From Octopus vulgaris (lineage: Eukaryota), in NCBI GenBank assembly GCA_951406725.2, contig OX597829.1, forward strand, positions 57,970,001-58,034,000: 64,000 bases of DNA, read 5' to 3'. Under the pieces are notes generated by a model. It was given only the letters and a program-made list of their open reading frames with translations. It made no database searches and was not told the origin of the DNA. Position 1 is the first letter of the stretch; each line of letters starts with the position of its first letter. This document shows positions 24,417-38,544 of this stretch, piece by piece. Position numbers and translations under genes: made by a program.

Positions 24417-24422
24417 TTTATT
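24417..24422 (-). terminator. Candidate poly(A) signal AATAAA of the two-TM gene
   Basis: TTTATT on +, about 93 nt downstream of the stop codon on the minus strand. Confidence 0.4.
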
Positions 24423-24514
24423 TATCATGTCAGTGCCACTCACATCCATAATGGTAACCAGTATGTTTAATAAATATATTCATATAATTAGATAGACTGG
24501 TAATTGAGAAAGAT

Positions 24515-24860
24515 TTAACCAGTTACTGTAGGTAATATTGAAGTGTCCTCTTTACTAGAATTACAGTATGTGAATGGTTGCTGAGTTTGTATGGTTAATG
24601 GTGAGGACTGCGGCTCTGTTGGTTCCAGAGTGGCTGGAATTAAGTGTTCATGGGTGATATATTCAGTATATTGAGGGCTGGGCTCTGTTGTGACTGTATT
24701 ACGGCAGTGAAGTGCGGCCACAGCTTCATCGTAGGATGGTGGAGGTTCAGAGTCTCGATCAGGTGGAGAGAGCTGTGGGACGCTTGACGACGAGGGTGAG
24801 TGGGTCCGTTGTAGGACCTCGCTGTAGGAAGGTGGCGCATATTCCATGGAAGGGGCAGAT
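24515..24860 (-). CDS. Two-TM PPxY protein, last coding exon (SAPSMEYAPPSYSEVL...EPPPSYDEAV...LPTVTG*)
   Basis: Acceptor catcttttgcag, phase 2, in frame with exon 27196-27305. Non-repetitive Pro/Ser/Thr-rich sequence with two PPSY motifs. Ends in TAA. Confidence 0.85.
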
Positions 24861-24889
24861 CTGCAAAAGATGGGAAATTGATGCTTGTG

Positions 24890-25190
24890 TCATAATCGTC
24901 ATCATCATCATCAACATCATCATAATCATTATCATCATCTTTTTCAAAATCATCTTTCTTACAAAAATCATTGTTATCATCATCCTCATCATCATTATCA
25001 TCATCACCATCACTATCAACATCATCAACATCATCATCACCGCCATTATCCTCATCATCATCACCACCGACATCATCATCATCACCATCAACATCATCAT
25101 CATCATCACCATCAACATCATCATCATCATCATCATCACCATCATCATCATCATTATCATCATCAACACCACCACCACCACCACCACCAA
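24890..25190 (+). repeat. (ATC)n/(ACC)n trinucleotide tract
   Basis: Direct inspection. Intronic, just upstream of the last-exon acceptor. Confidence 0.9.
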
Positions 25191-26101
25191 ATAATATTTG
25201 AACCAAAACGAATAAGGAACACACCAAATCACCATGAGGGATGTTTGCGGGTCCTTGAGACCACAAACCCTATTAAAATCCTAACACGGTGTTTCCAAGA
25301 ATCTCATAACAACCCTGAACGATGTCTCCATGGTTGGGGTGCATCTGTCATAAGTTGACGTTGACTGTTCTGCTGAGTAAAATTCCTGTAGGCCCAAGGT
25401 ACCTACTGTGCAAATGAAAAGGGCCTTCGGGTTGACAATAAATGTAGGGTGCGCAAAACAATGAATGAATATTGTTGTATGGGTGCCCTCAGACGATAAG
25501 TGGACGTAGAAACTAGTCGCATAGGACACACAAACCGTCCAACCCATGCCAGCATGGAAAGCAGACGTTAAACAATGATGATAATGATGATGACAATGAT
25601 ACACACACACATATATACTTCTACAGGGTTGGCCAAAGGTCACTTGATAGTAAATCAAAACCCTTTAATTCCAAGATTTCATCATCATCGTTTAATGTCC
25701 GCTTTCCATGCTAGCATGGGTTGGACGATTTGACTGAGGACTGGCAAACCAGATGGCTGCACCAGGCTCCAAACTGATCTGGCAGTGTTTCTACAGCTGG
25801 ATGCCCTTCCTAATGCCAATATATATATATATATCCTCCGTGCCAGTGGAACGTAAAAAGCACCATCCGATTGTGGCCGTTTGCCAGCCTTGTCTGGCAC
25901 GTAAAAAGCACCCACTACACTCATGGAGTGGTCAGCGCTAAGAAGAGCATCCAGCTGTAGAAACATTGCCAGATCAGAGTGGGCCTAGTGCAGCCTTCTG
26001 GCTTCCCAGACCCCAGTTGAACCACCCAACCCATGCTAGCATGGAAAGCCGACGTTAAACGATGATGATGATATATATATATATATACATATGTATGTAT
26101 G

Positions 26102-26167
<66 letters not shown>

Positions 26168-26284
26168 TATACAACGGGCTTTTGTCGAACTGCTAAGTTT
26201 ACAGGCACGTAAACACACCAACATTGTTGTCAAGCAATGGTGGGGGTGGATAAACACACACACGTGCGCACGCGTATATGTATA

Positions 26285-26449
26285 TGATGAGCTTCTTTCA
26301 GTTTTCATCAACCAAATCCACTCACAAGGCTTTTGTCAGCCCAAGACTATTGTAGAAGACACTTGCCTAAGGTGCCGCACAGTGGGACTGAACCCGGAAC
26401 CATGTGGTTGGTAAACAAGCTACTTACCACACAGCCACTCCTATGCCTG

Positions 26450-26482
<33 letters not shown>

Positions 26483-27028
26483 GACAGGCTTCTTTCAGTT
26501 TCCGTCTACCAAATCCACTCACAAGGCTTTGGTCGGCCCAAGGCTATAGTAGAAGACATTTGCCTAAGGTGCCGCGCAGTGGGACTGAACCCAGAACCAT
26601 GTGGTTGGTAAGCAAGCTTCTTACCACACAACTGCTCCTACACCTATGTATACCTATACACACGCACACATAAGTATACATGGGCTTCTTTCAGTTTCCG
26701 TCTACCAAATCCACTCAGAAGGCTTTGATGGGCCTGAGACTATGGTAGATGATACTTGGCCAAGGTGCCACACAGTGGGACTGAACCCGGAACCATGTGG
26801 TTTGTAAGCAAGTTATTTACCACACAGCCCCTCCTGTGCTTATATATATATATATATACATATACGACGGGCTTCTTTTAGTTTCCGTTTATCAAATCCA
26901 CTCACAAGGCTTTTGTCGGCCCAAGGCTATAGTAGAAAACACTTCCCCAAGGTGCCACGCAGTGGGACTGAACCTGGAACCATGCGGTTGGTAGGCAAGC
27001 TACTTATCACACAGCCACTCCTACACCT
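26285..27028 (-). mobile_element. Four tandem SINE family 1 heads
   Basis: Units of about 190 bp separated by (TA)n/(CA)n. Confidence 0.85.
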
Positions 27029-27195
27029 ATATACCCCTATACACATACACACACATAGCATTCTCTCGGGAAGCTGGTAATCTCCATGCTTGTATATCGA
27101 AAATAACTTACCAGAATTTTAAAGGACTATATTATTAATTATACGGATAAAAATCATGTATATTGCTGCTAACGGTTACCATAGATACAACTCAC

Positions 27196-27305
27196 CTCCA
27201 TGATGCATCTGACCTCATGTCAACTGTGTCCATTATAACAGTCACGGCACCGATTCCATCTTCTCTGTTTATTACCATGGCGGCCACTGCCTCTCGACTT
27301 AAGGC
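27196..27305 (-). CDS. Two-TM PPxY protein, coding exon 3 (ALSREAVAAMVINREDGIGAVTVIMDTVDMRSDASW)
   Basis: Acceptor ttccag and donor gtgagt. 110 nt, phase 0 to 2. Open frame consistent with both neighbouring exons. Confidence 0.82.
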
Positions 27306-27357
27306 CTGGAACTTAATAAATACAACATGCATTAATATTTTGAGTATAATAGATATA

Positions 27358-27399
<42 letters not shown>

Positions 27400-27407
<8 letters not shown>

Positions 27408-27530
27408 TAAATTAGAGATAAAACCACTATTAGGCAAATCAAACAGTGAAAAACATAAGCCAATACATAAAATTAATTTTAAAATATAAAAGTTAAAAAT
27501 ATAAAATTATTTAAATAATTTAAACTTATA

Positions 27531-27574
<44 letters not shown>

Positions 27575-28350
27575 GGGTATATAATTCCAAACTTACAGGG
27601 AAAAATTCAATTTAGCAATTTTAAATCAAATTTCACAATATATAATATATGTATATAATTAAGAGAAATAACCTCTATTAAGTAATTCAATAGTGAAAGA
27701 CATTATCTATATTATATAGAAAAATTTACATATACTATGATAAATATTATTCAAAAAATCTGACGACACGCGTTTCGTGACTAGAGCCTTAAATTGATAA
27801 TAATAAAATCAATACTATTAAAATTAATTTGATTTAAAAATATAGCCACTCTTCAAGTCTAAAATAATAATAAAACAAATGTATGTATCTTAACATATAA
27901 TAAATAAATACAGAAACATACGTATCTTAACTATAAATAATCAAATAAAAAATAAGAATATTAATGAAAAATAATGAGTGGATTTCGTAGACAGAAACTG
28001 AAAGAAGATAAGTTATGATTTTATTTTTCATTAATATACTTATATTTGATTATTTATACTTAAGATACATATATTTCTATATTTATTTATTATATGTTAA
28101 GTTACATATATTTATTTTATTATTATTTTAGACCTGAAGAGTGGCTATATATTTATATCAAATTAATTTTAATAGTATCGATATTATTATTATCGAATTA
28201 AAAATAAAGTCACGAAACACGCATAGTCAATTTAATGTTTATTTAATTTAGTGATTTTTTAAATAATATTTATTATATTATATTAAATTTTTGTATATGA
28301 TATAGATAAATCTTTCACTAATGAATTACTTAATATAGGTTATTCCTCAA
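27400..28350. mobile_element. AT-rich Penelope-like remnant forming a ~330-bp inverted repeat with degenerate hammerheads
   Basis: About 27650-27975 is inverted against about 28010-28347. Motifs GAC-(C/T)TGAAGA-GTGGCT...AGTCAC-GAAAC...GTC at 27762-27859 (-) and 28131-28228 (+). Confidence 0.6.
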
Positions 28351-28543
28351 AGTGTAAACAATATGAAGTATGAAAGCAAACGAGTTGGCTATGCAAACAA
28401 CAAGAGACAATTGTTGGCTGTCTCTCTACTCCCCGTTTCAAGCACATACACATATATACATATTTGTATATATGCATGTATATACATACATATATATATA
28501 TATACATATATACATACACACACACAGAGACATATATATATAC

Positions 28544-28615
<72 letters not shown>

Positions 28616-28886
28616 TCATCATCATCATCATCGTTTAATGTCCACTTTCCATGCTGGCATGGGTTGGACGGTTCAACTGGGGTCTGGGAAGCCAGAAGGC
28701 TGCGCCAGGCCCAGTCTAATCCGGCAATGTTTCTACGGCTGGATGCCGTTCCTAACGTCAACCACTCCGTGAGTGTAGTGGGTGCTTTTTACGTGCCACC
28801 TGCACAGGTGCCAGACGAGGCTGGCAAACGGCCACAATCAGATGGTGCTTTTTATGTTCCACCGGCACGGGGCCAGATGAATATAT

Positions 28887-28948
<62 letters not shown>

Positions 28949-29060
28949 CACAAAGAAAGACCCTTTGTCAGTTGTTGGCTGTCGATCTACTCCTCATTTC
29001 GAGCACATACATACACACACACATACATACAATGCATGCATGCATGCATGCATACATACA

Positions 29061-29094
<34 letters not shown>

Positions 29095-29119
29095 CATACA
29101 TACATACATATATATATAC

Positions 29120-30840
29120 AAGTGAGGACGCCCCTGGGAGCTTCACTATGCTGATGAGCTTGTTCTAATTGCTGAGTCACTATCAGAACTAGAGGAAGTT
29201 TCAGGTGTGGAAGCAAGGATTAGAATCGAAGGACCTTAGAGTTAACCTAGCTAAAACCAAAGTCTTAATAAGTAGGAAGGCAGACAAACCACAAATCCCT
29301 TCAGTTAGATGGCCTTGCTCGATTTTTAGAAAAGGCGTGGGTAGAAACTCCATATGATGTACCCAGTGTAAGCTATGGACAAGAAGGAATGGGGAAAAAT
29401 ACGCCCCACCACATATAAGAAAGTATTTATGAGACAATTTCAAAGTGCCTGAAAGCTCTCATCATCAACAAGTGTTATGTAACTAAATATTGATTTCATC
29501 CTTTCGTCCTTTCGGGGTCGATAAATTAAGTACCAGTTGCATACTTGGGTCGATCTAATCAACTTGCCCCCTCCCCCAAAACTTCAGGCCTTGTGCCAAG
29601 AGTAGAAAACTAAATATTGATTTGATTGTATGAATGTGTTGTAAACTATTGCGTTTTGAAGTTCAATGTCTTTACCATATAAAATTCTTTGTTTATTATT
29701 TTGTAATTCAAATTGCTGCATTAAATTCATTACAAAATACTTAGTAAATGGTGTGTATATGTGGTGACAATGGATGAGGACAGCTGTGTGAAAAAAATCT
29801 CACACCCTAGCTTTTGAAGAGGTAGACCCAGGAAGACCTGAGATGAGGTGGTGAAGCACAGCCTTTGAACATTAGGCCGCACCGAAGCAATGACTAATGA
29901 CCGAGACCTATGGAAATATGCTGTGCGTGAAAAGACCCAGCAAACCAAGTGAAACCATAAAACATGGCCTACGACAGAGTGTAAGTGCTCTGAGAGAAAA
30001 GTTGGACCTGAGAAGCATCAGATGTGGTGTGCAAGAGAGACGACTGTGCTGGTAGGGTATGGTCATGTGGTGAGAATGGATGAGGATAGCTGTGTGAAAA
30101 AGTGTCACACCCTAGCAGTTCTGGGAACCTTTGGTAAAGGTAAACCCAGGATGAGGTGGTGAAGCACGACCTTCAAACATTAGGCCTCACCGAGGTAATG
30201 GCAAGTCACCGAGACCTTTGGAAATATGCTGTGCATGAGAAGACCTGGCAAGCCAAGTGAGACTATGATCCGTGGCCTATGCCAGGGGTGTAATCAGCCC
30301 ACTTATCCGTACCTTTCCATCATTCGACACTAAACTCTGTTTGCGAAGACCTGTTGAGGCAAGTTAAATCGAAATCAAATTCGATGACAGCACTGCATGA
30401 CTGGCATCCGTGCTAGTGGAGCACTAAGAGCACCATCTCAGTGTGACCTTTACAAGGGCCGCTGACTGGCCCTCATGCTGGTGGCATGTAAAAAGCATCA
30501 TTCGAGCATGATCGTTACGAGCGTCGCCTAACTGGCACGTAAAATACATTATTCGAGCGAGATCATTGTCAGTGCCGCTGGACTGGCTCCTGTGCAGGTG
30601 GCACAGAAAAAACACCATTTAAGCATGGCCATTGCCAGTACCGCCTGACTGGCCCTCGTGCCAGTGGTATGTAAAAGCACCCACTACACTCTGAGAGTGG
30701 TTGGCGTTAAGAAGGGCATCCAACTGTAGAAACTCTGCCAGATCAGATTGGAGTCTGGTGCAGCAATCTGGCTCACTACTCCTCAGTCAAACTGTCCACC
30801 CTATGCCAGCAGGGAAAGCGGACATTAAACGATGATGATG
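29120..30840 (+). mobile_element. Fragmented RTE LINE 3' region with repeat-bearing 3' UTR
   Basis: 29120-29380 translates 'PWELHYADEL...WKQGLESKDLRVNLAKTK'. 29750-30300 holds ORF-end fragments, and 30300-30840 is the UTR and tail. Confidence 0.8.
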
Positions 30841-31153
30841 AATATTTATTATTATCAAAAAAACCTACCGCATACAGAAATTTGAAAAACAATTCTACAT
30901 GCAAATAGGTCGTGGTGACCTAAATATTGATTTTATGAACATTATATATATTAAGAAAATTTTAAGTTCAATTTTAAATTACTTCTCATAAAAAGACCCA
31001 GAACTGCTAAATAAGGGGTGAGGAAACGATATAGCCGTAAATCCTCGAGTATAATCCGCATTCTTTCCAAAAATTTAATGGTCAAAAATCACTGGTGCCG
31101 AAAATGAAAGAAGCCTGTCGTATATATGTATGTGTGTATATATATATATGTAT

Positions 31154-31192
<39 letters not shown>

Positions 31193-32447
31193 CGTGTATG
31201 TGTGTGTGTGCGCGCGCGCGCGCGCGTGTGTGTGTGTGTTTCCCCCGCAAGCGCTTCGACAAAAGATACCAATAGAATTAGTACCAGTCTTAGAAATAAT
31301 TAGTCCTGGGGATCGATTGGTTCGACTAAAATGCGGTGCTCCAGCATGGCCGAAGTCAAATGTCTGAAAGAAGTACCGATCACAAAGCCTTTTATGATCG
31401 CTGTTTTTAAAGAAATAATTATAATTAAAATAAATAATTATAAGAATAAATTAGAACAGCGTGACCCATTTTTAGACTATAATTTGAAAATTAGTTCTTA
31501 GAATTAAATAATCCAGGTCAACAGTCGATTAAAATAACCCCAAAGTATTACGGGCGCATTTTTAACGATGCAGTAAAATCCCAGCTCAAATTATCGAGGG
31601 CCCCAATTTACATTGATTTTGTCTGAGAGAAAATCTCTTTAGGGACATGATGGTTTAACGACTGCCCCAGGTAGGTTGCTGGCCAGGTAGAAGACTATAC
31701 CAGGTTGAGGTGTCTCTTCTGGCATGGTTGTTTTTATGGTTGGATGCCCTTCCTAACACCAACTACCACGTAAAGTGAACTAAATGCATTTTATGTGACA
31801 CTAGCACACAGACAAGGTCAGTTATGGCATGGTTTTTCACAGCTGGGACCCGTTCCAACTGCCAATTCCTTCACAGTGTGGGCTGGATGCTGAGACAAAA
31901 TCACTCCCCTTTGATGGCAGGGCACTGATACCGTTTTAATTAATATTTTAATTTCGTATCCTCATTCCTCATTTATGAGTTCTGGTTCTTTCTAATGTGA
32001 AGTAGTAGTTTCAAATTAAAATTCAAGACTATTGAAAAGGTTGCAAGACGCAATGAAAATTTTAGGAAAATAAAAATAAGAAATAAGTGGAAATTTTACC
32101 AGTGAGTGTGTTGTTACATTATAAGGCACAAAAAGAAAGTGACTCTCCCCAGACACAACAGAATATGCTTTAACACACAAACTCATATAAAGAATCTTGC
32201 AAACCAAATCCAAAAACAAAAATTAAAGAAAGATTCTATGTATCATAGTTAATTTCGTTTCGTGGTTCCTCATTTACCAGTTCTGTGTGAAGGAGTGGCT
32301 ATGTGGTAAGTAGCTTGCTTACCAACCACATGGTTCCAGGTTCAGTCCCACTGCATGGCACCTTGGGCAAGTGTCTTCTACTACAGCCTCGGGCTGACCA
32401 ATGCCTTGTGAGTGTATTTAGTAGACGGAAACTGAAAGAAGCCCGTC

Positions 32448-32514
<67 letters not shown>

Positions 32515-32531
32515 AATACATATATATACAT

Positions 32532-32574
<43 letters not shown>

Positions 32575-32738
32575 CGCAGGAGTGGTTGTGTGGTACCTTG
32601 CTTACCAACCACATGGTTCTGGGTTCAGTCCCATGTGTGGCACCTTGGGCAAGTATCTTCTACTATAGCCTCAGGCCGACCAAAGCCTTGTGAGTGGATT
32701 TGGTAGACGGAAACTTAAAGAAGCCCGTCGTATATATG

Positions 32739-32772
<34 letters not shown>

Positions 32773-34125
32773 CTAGCAGAGATACCCGGCGTTGCCCGGT
32801 TACATTCAATTGATGAATTAGACTTCTCTATTATATTTTCTGTAATGAACTGGAATACCTATGTTACGAATTTCATCAAAATTGCAGATGAGGGTTATTT
32901 CCCTCTTTACACAACCTAAAAAAATTGTACTCATGTCACATGTATCCCATACTAGTGATTTTCCATGTGCATATTCCAAAATTCCAGTCTTATTGAACAT
33001 GTTAAAAGGATTTGGCTCCTGAAAAATGGAGGTCATGGAGCTCTAAAATGTGAGAGTTCAGGCCCCTATTGGGGGTGGGCATCTTAATGTCAACCAGAGA
33101 AGTTGAATTGTTGAGAATCTTTTTAACTTGGGTCTTATATCTATTGATTTAATTTCTTTGAAATAGGAAATATATGTATGTTCACTGGGTTTGTAAAAGA
33201 GAGCAAAGCTACAGGAAACCAAAAGATGAATGATCACAATAAGCAGTCAGCTACCATACCCTAGTCGTTACCACTCCCAGTGTAGGATTCCTCACCATCC
33301 AGCTGACAGGCACAGCCGTAAGATGCATTAAGAATCTATAGCAATTGGAAGGGCATGACCCAACTGAAATCAACATTAACAACTATGTGACATGAGGGCT
33401 AAGGAGAAATGAAAGTGTTACCTCTGGAGTTTGCAAATGACCGCTATACTGATACGTGCCTGTACAGAATAAATTTACAATCTATGAATGTCTTTGAATA
33501 ACCATTCACTCATCTGGGAAGGCCTTGAAATCAATGTTACCATCTGGGGACTATGTGTGACCGGGTGATAATAAAAAAACTGAAAGGGGGTGTGCAATCA
33601 AATAACTTTATTCAACACTTTGCAACTGAATCAGTGAAGACAAAGATGCCTCTCATTTACTTGACAATTTATGCACCACATTGCAGAAATCACAATCTAA
33701 GTGTATGTCAAAGCAATCTCTTACACTGTTGTACCATTGAATTAGAAATAATGCCCAACTTATATACTCGGGTAACCCTACAGCTACCAAGAGCACAACT
33801 ATATTCGTTTTTGCTTAGATAAAATTGTTTTTTGCTTAGACAAAATTGTGGGTGTTAAGTCCCCATGGAGGGGTCTTTCTAACTTGTAGGAAGATGAAAT
33901 TTTATAAATATTACTTCATTTGTGTCTAATATCTATGGTTAAAATTTCATCAACAGCAAAAATATATGAATTGTCATGGGGGTTATGGCCCTTATGCATA
34001 TAGAATATAATTTCCAAATTTCATAAAGACCCATTCAGTACTTTTGACCTAGTTATGGATCATAAAAGAAATGACTAAAATATCGGAGTTAAGGCTCCCA
34101 TTAGGGTGTTTTATATACATATATA
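32773..34125 (-). mobile_element. Non-autonomous Helitron, second family
   Basis: Minus-strand 3' end CCGGGCAACGCCGGG(hairpin)TATCTCTG-CTAG|T at 32773-32800. TATATAAAA-type 5' end near 34115. The right boundary is uncertain. Confidence 0.55.
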
Positions 34126-34179
34126 TATCATCATCATCGTTTAGCATCCGTTTAAACGATGATGATGATATATATAGAG

Positions 34180-34232
<53 letters not shown>

Positions 34233-34610
34233 TAGATATATACACACATGATGATGATATATATAAATATATATATATAGAGAGAGAGATAGATAGATAG
34301 ATAGATAGATATAGATATATACACACACACACACATACAAAGATAATTTGATAGTTATAACTGAGTGGGAAAACAAAAATATGAGACACAGCCTAGTGCT
34401 TTTTTTATGTTGATAAGCCTGGTACTTATTCTATTAGTTTGTTCTTGTGAAACCAGTAAGTTATGTGGATGTAAATAAGTGAACAGCAGTTGTGAAGCAG
34501 TGATGAGGGAGAAACACAAAGACACACACATAGACTTACATATATACATACATATATATATATATACAATTGATTTGTTTCCTGTCTACAAAATCTATAT
34601 ATATTGTTGT

Positions 34611-37110
34611 TGGCATCCTTTTTGTCTCGGGAGACAATGGAGTTGCACATAAAATAATCTAGTCAGGCTTTTACATTTCATGTCCTAATACATCTCCTGC
34701 TGTGGCTGTGTAGTCCTATCCTGGACAAACACTCCCTCTGGCAGGTGCCGCAAATGTAGCAAAGGCTTTGCCTGGTTGGTTGTAATGTCATAGTTTCTTG
34801 TTGATGTCTTTCCTTGTCTTTCCATTTCTCCTCTCTCTCTCTCTCTCTGTCACTCCTTTGTGTTCCCTCTTTTACGGTACGTCGCCAATCTCCATGGTTG
34901 TTGGCAACTGCTTCCCAGTTGGTAATATTGATGTTGCAGGCCTTCATGTCCCTTTTACAAACATCCTTGTATCATAAGAACGGTCTTTCCACAGATCTAG
35001 TGCCCCTAGCAAGTTCTCCGTTCAGTATGTCCTTGGGGATTCTGCTATCTTCCATACGGCTAACATGTCCAAGCCATCTCATACGTCTTTGTGTGAGGAG
35101 TGCTTTGTGGTACTCTTGCTTGCTTGAGGACATCTTTGTTGGGGACATGATTCTGCAATTTGATGTGAAGGATTTTCCAGAGGCAGCGCAGGTGAAAGAT
35201 ATTTAGGCAACGCTCTTGTGTATGGCGTCCAAGTATAACTTCCATACAGTAGAGTGCTAAGTACACATGCCTGGTAAATCTTCATTCTTGTGGTCTTGGT
35301 CAGCTTATTGTTGTCCCATGCCCGTTTGGAGAGTCGGGCCATCACAGCCTTGCCAATGCATGTATTGAGCTCAGCATCAAGGGATATGTTGCAGGTGACG
35401 GTAGAGCCAAGATAGGTAAACTTCTCCTCCTCCTGTGGTCTCCAATATGTATGTTTGGGATGCCTGATGTAGTTTGACCCATGATGTTGGTCTTCTTGAG
35501 GCTGATAACTAAGCCAAAGTCGCTACATTCTTGCTCAAAACAGTTGATGAGCCTTTGTAGGGCTTCTTCTGTGTGTGATACCAGAGCGGCATCATCAACA
35601 AATAGCATCTCCTTGATCACGACGCTTCTGATTTTGATCTTGGCATGCAGACGCGAGAGATTGAACAGTTTCCCATCACTTCTACTGTGCAGAAACACTC
35701 CATCATCTGATGTCTCAAAGACATGTGACAACAGGAGCGAGAAGATGCCAAATAATGTAGGAGCAAGGACACAACCTTGCTCTACCCAATTTTTTATTTG
35801 GAAGGTGGCTGATGTTGAACCATTGTGCTGTATGGTGCCTTGCATATCATCATGGAAAGATTTGATGATCCTCAGCAGCTTTGATGGATATCCAATGTTT
35901 TGGAGCAGGATGAAGAGGCATTTTCTACTTACCAAGTCAAAGGCCTTTGTCAGATCAATGAAGGCCATATATAATTGCATTTTCTGCTCTCTGGACTTCT
36001 CCTGAAGTTGGCGTATGGAGAATATCATGTCAATAGTTGATCTGCTTCTTCTAAAGCCACACTGCGATTCTGGATAAATTCGAGAAGCAAGCAGTTGTAG
36101 CCTGGACAGGATAATGCGAGCAAAGGCCTTTCCAACAATGCTTAGAAGAGATATTCCACGGTAATTGTTACAATCACCATGGTCACCATTGTTTTTGTAA
36201 AGCGTAATGATGTTAGCATCCCACATATCCTGAGGGACTGTACCCTCTTCCCAGCACTGACACAGAAGCTCATGAAGGTGCCGAAGCAGGATGCTGTTTT
36301 TGCCGGTTTTGATTATCTCTAAGGGGATGCCGTCTTTTCCTGGAGCCTTGTTACTTGCTGGGAATGAATAGCCTTGGTGAGCTCTGCTATAGATGGCAGA
36401 CTCTCAAGTTTGCACATGACTGCCAAGATCTTGACACCCTCGATTGCAGCCTCAGCTACCGTGGTCTCCCGTGAGTAGAGATCCTGGTAGTACTCCACCC
36501 ATCTACCCATCTGCTTGCTTTGGTTCTTGATGAGATCTCCAGTAGTTGATTTCAGAGGGGCTGACTTGGATGCGGATGGACCGAGGGCCTTCTTCAAACC
36601 GGCATACATCCCACGGGTGTTGCCACTGTCAGCTGCTGACTGGATACTCTGACAGATTTCCTGCCAATACCTGTTTGCACAGCGCCTGGCAGTCAGTTGG
36701 GTTTTATTTCTTGCCTTTCTGAGTTCTTCGACTGACTTTGTAGAAGAATCACTCTTGTATAGCATCAGAGCAGCACGCTTTGCTTCAATAACTGTTTCCA
36801 GCTCTGAGAGCCCAGCACTGAACCAATCTGGGTTTTGCCTTTCTCTCATGCCAAAAGTATCTATTGATGTGATATACAAAGCTTTCCTGATATAATTCCA
36901 CCTACTTTCAGCAGAGGAGGTTGAGCAGCTACTGAGGGCAACTTTGATAGAAACAGCAAAACATTGTCGCAGTGTAGGGTCCAAGGTTCTGGCAGTGTTA
37001 ATGCTTGGTCGGCCTGTTTTCTTGGAGTGATGGACTTTTTTAGGCAGAATCCTCACCCTGCTTCTTATTAGTGAATGATCTCTGTCACAATCCGTGCTGT
37101 GGTAACTACG
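34611..37110 (-). mobile_element. 5'-truncated RTE (RTE-BovB-like) LINE, frameshifted
   Basis: ORFs 36319-37056, 35342-36226 (NYRGISLLS, QCGFR, FIDLTKAFD, QGCVLAP, FVDD), 35060-35345 and 34678-34947 (C2H2 CGTC...LHSH). Similar 'ATTGATTTGTTT..CCTGTC.AC..AAATC' on both flanks could be a TSD. Confidence 0.95.
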
Positions 37111-37552
37111 ATTGATTTGTTTCAGTTCCTGTCAACGAAATCCATATCTATCTATATATATATATGCATACACACACACACAAAGATGAATTGATAGATA
37201 CAACTGAGTGGGCAAATAAAAATATGAGACATGGCCTTTTTTTATATTTTGATAAGCCTGGTACTTATTCAATCAGTTTCTTCTTGTGAAACCAGTAAGT
37301 TATGGGGGTGTAAATAAACGAACACCAGTTGTGAAGCAGTGATGAGGGAGAAACACAAAGACACACACACAGACTTACATATATACATACATATACAATT
37401 GATTTCTTTCAGTTTCTCTCTACAAAATCCACTGACAAGGCTTTGGTTGGTCTGAGGTTATAGCAGAAGACACATGCCAAGTTACCACACAGTGGGACTG
37501 AACTGAGGACCATGTGTTTTGGAACCAAGTTTGTTACCACACAGCCACACCT

Positions 37553-37605
<53 letters not shown>

Positions 37606-38146
37606 TGTGTGTGTGTGTGTATGGGTGTGTATATGTATGCATATATATATGTATGCATATATATATGTGTATATATATATGTGTACATACTACATGTACA
37701 TCTATCAACCCGTGCTAGCGCGGAAAACGGACGTTAAACGATGATAATGATGATGATGATATATATATACTTCTAGACAAACATGTATACACATATATGT
37801 ATATCTTTAGAAATACATCTATACATATACAGCTATACGTGTACATGTATACATATACACCTATATATATACATATATCATCATCATCATCATCATCGTT
37901 TAGCGTCCACTTTCCATGCTAGCATGGGTTGGACGGTTCAACTGGGGTCTGTGAAGCCGGAAGGCTGCATCAGGCTCAGTCTGATCTGGTAGTGTTTCTA
38001 CGGCTGGATGCCCTTCCTAACGCCAACCACTCCGTGAGTGTAGTGGGTGCTTTTTACGTGCCACCAGCACAGGTGCCAGATGGAGCTGGCAAAGCTCCGT
38101 TTGGCATCTGTGTGGGTGGCACGTAAAAAATGTATATATATATATG

Positions 38147-38194
<48 letters not shown>

Positions 38195-38544
38195 AAATCT
38201 CTGAACGAGGTATAGACAGTAACTGCACGACAATGTGAAGTATATATACATCCATTTATATACATGTATATATATAGTACAATGTAAGATAGGGGTTATA
38301 GGGATAACCCACTAAGGAGCAGTTTATTTGTATTATTTTTATTGTATTATTAATTTGCATATTGATGTATATTGTTTTGTTCGATTTGGATGTTCCCATT
38401 TGTATAATTAATAAATAATGTGAAATTGTAAATCTGTAAGTTGATGATCAAAATGAATTTGTTTCTCCATTTTCTTATTTGTATATATATATATACATAC
38501 AATAGAGATATGTTTTTGTTTCACTTTTAACACGTAAGACTGAA

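Noticed and set aside
24640-25358. Poly-Asp, poly-His, poly-Ser and poly-Met ORFs
   Set aside because: Translations of an intronic (ATC)n tract. The real exon starts at the acceptor at 24860.
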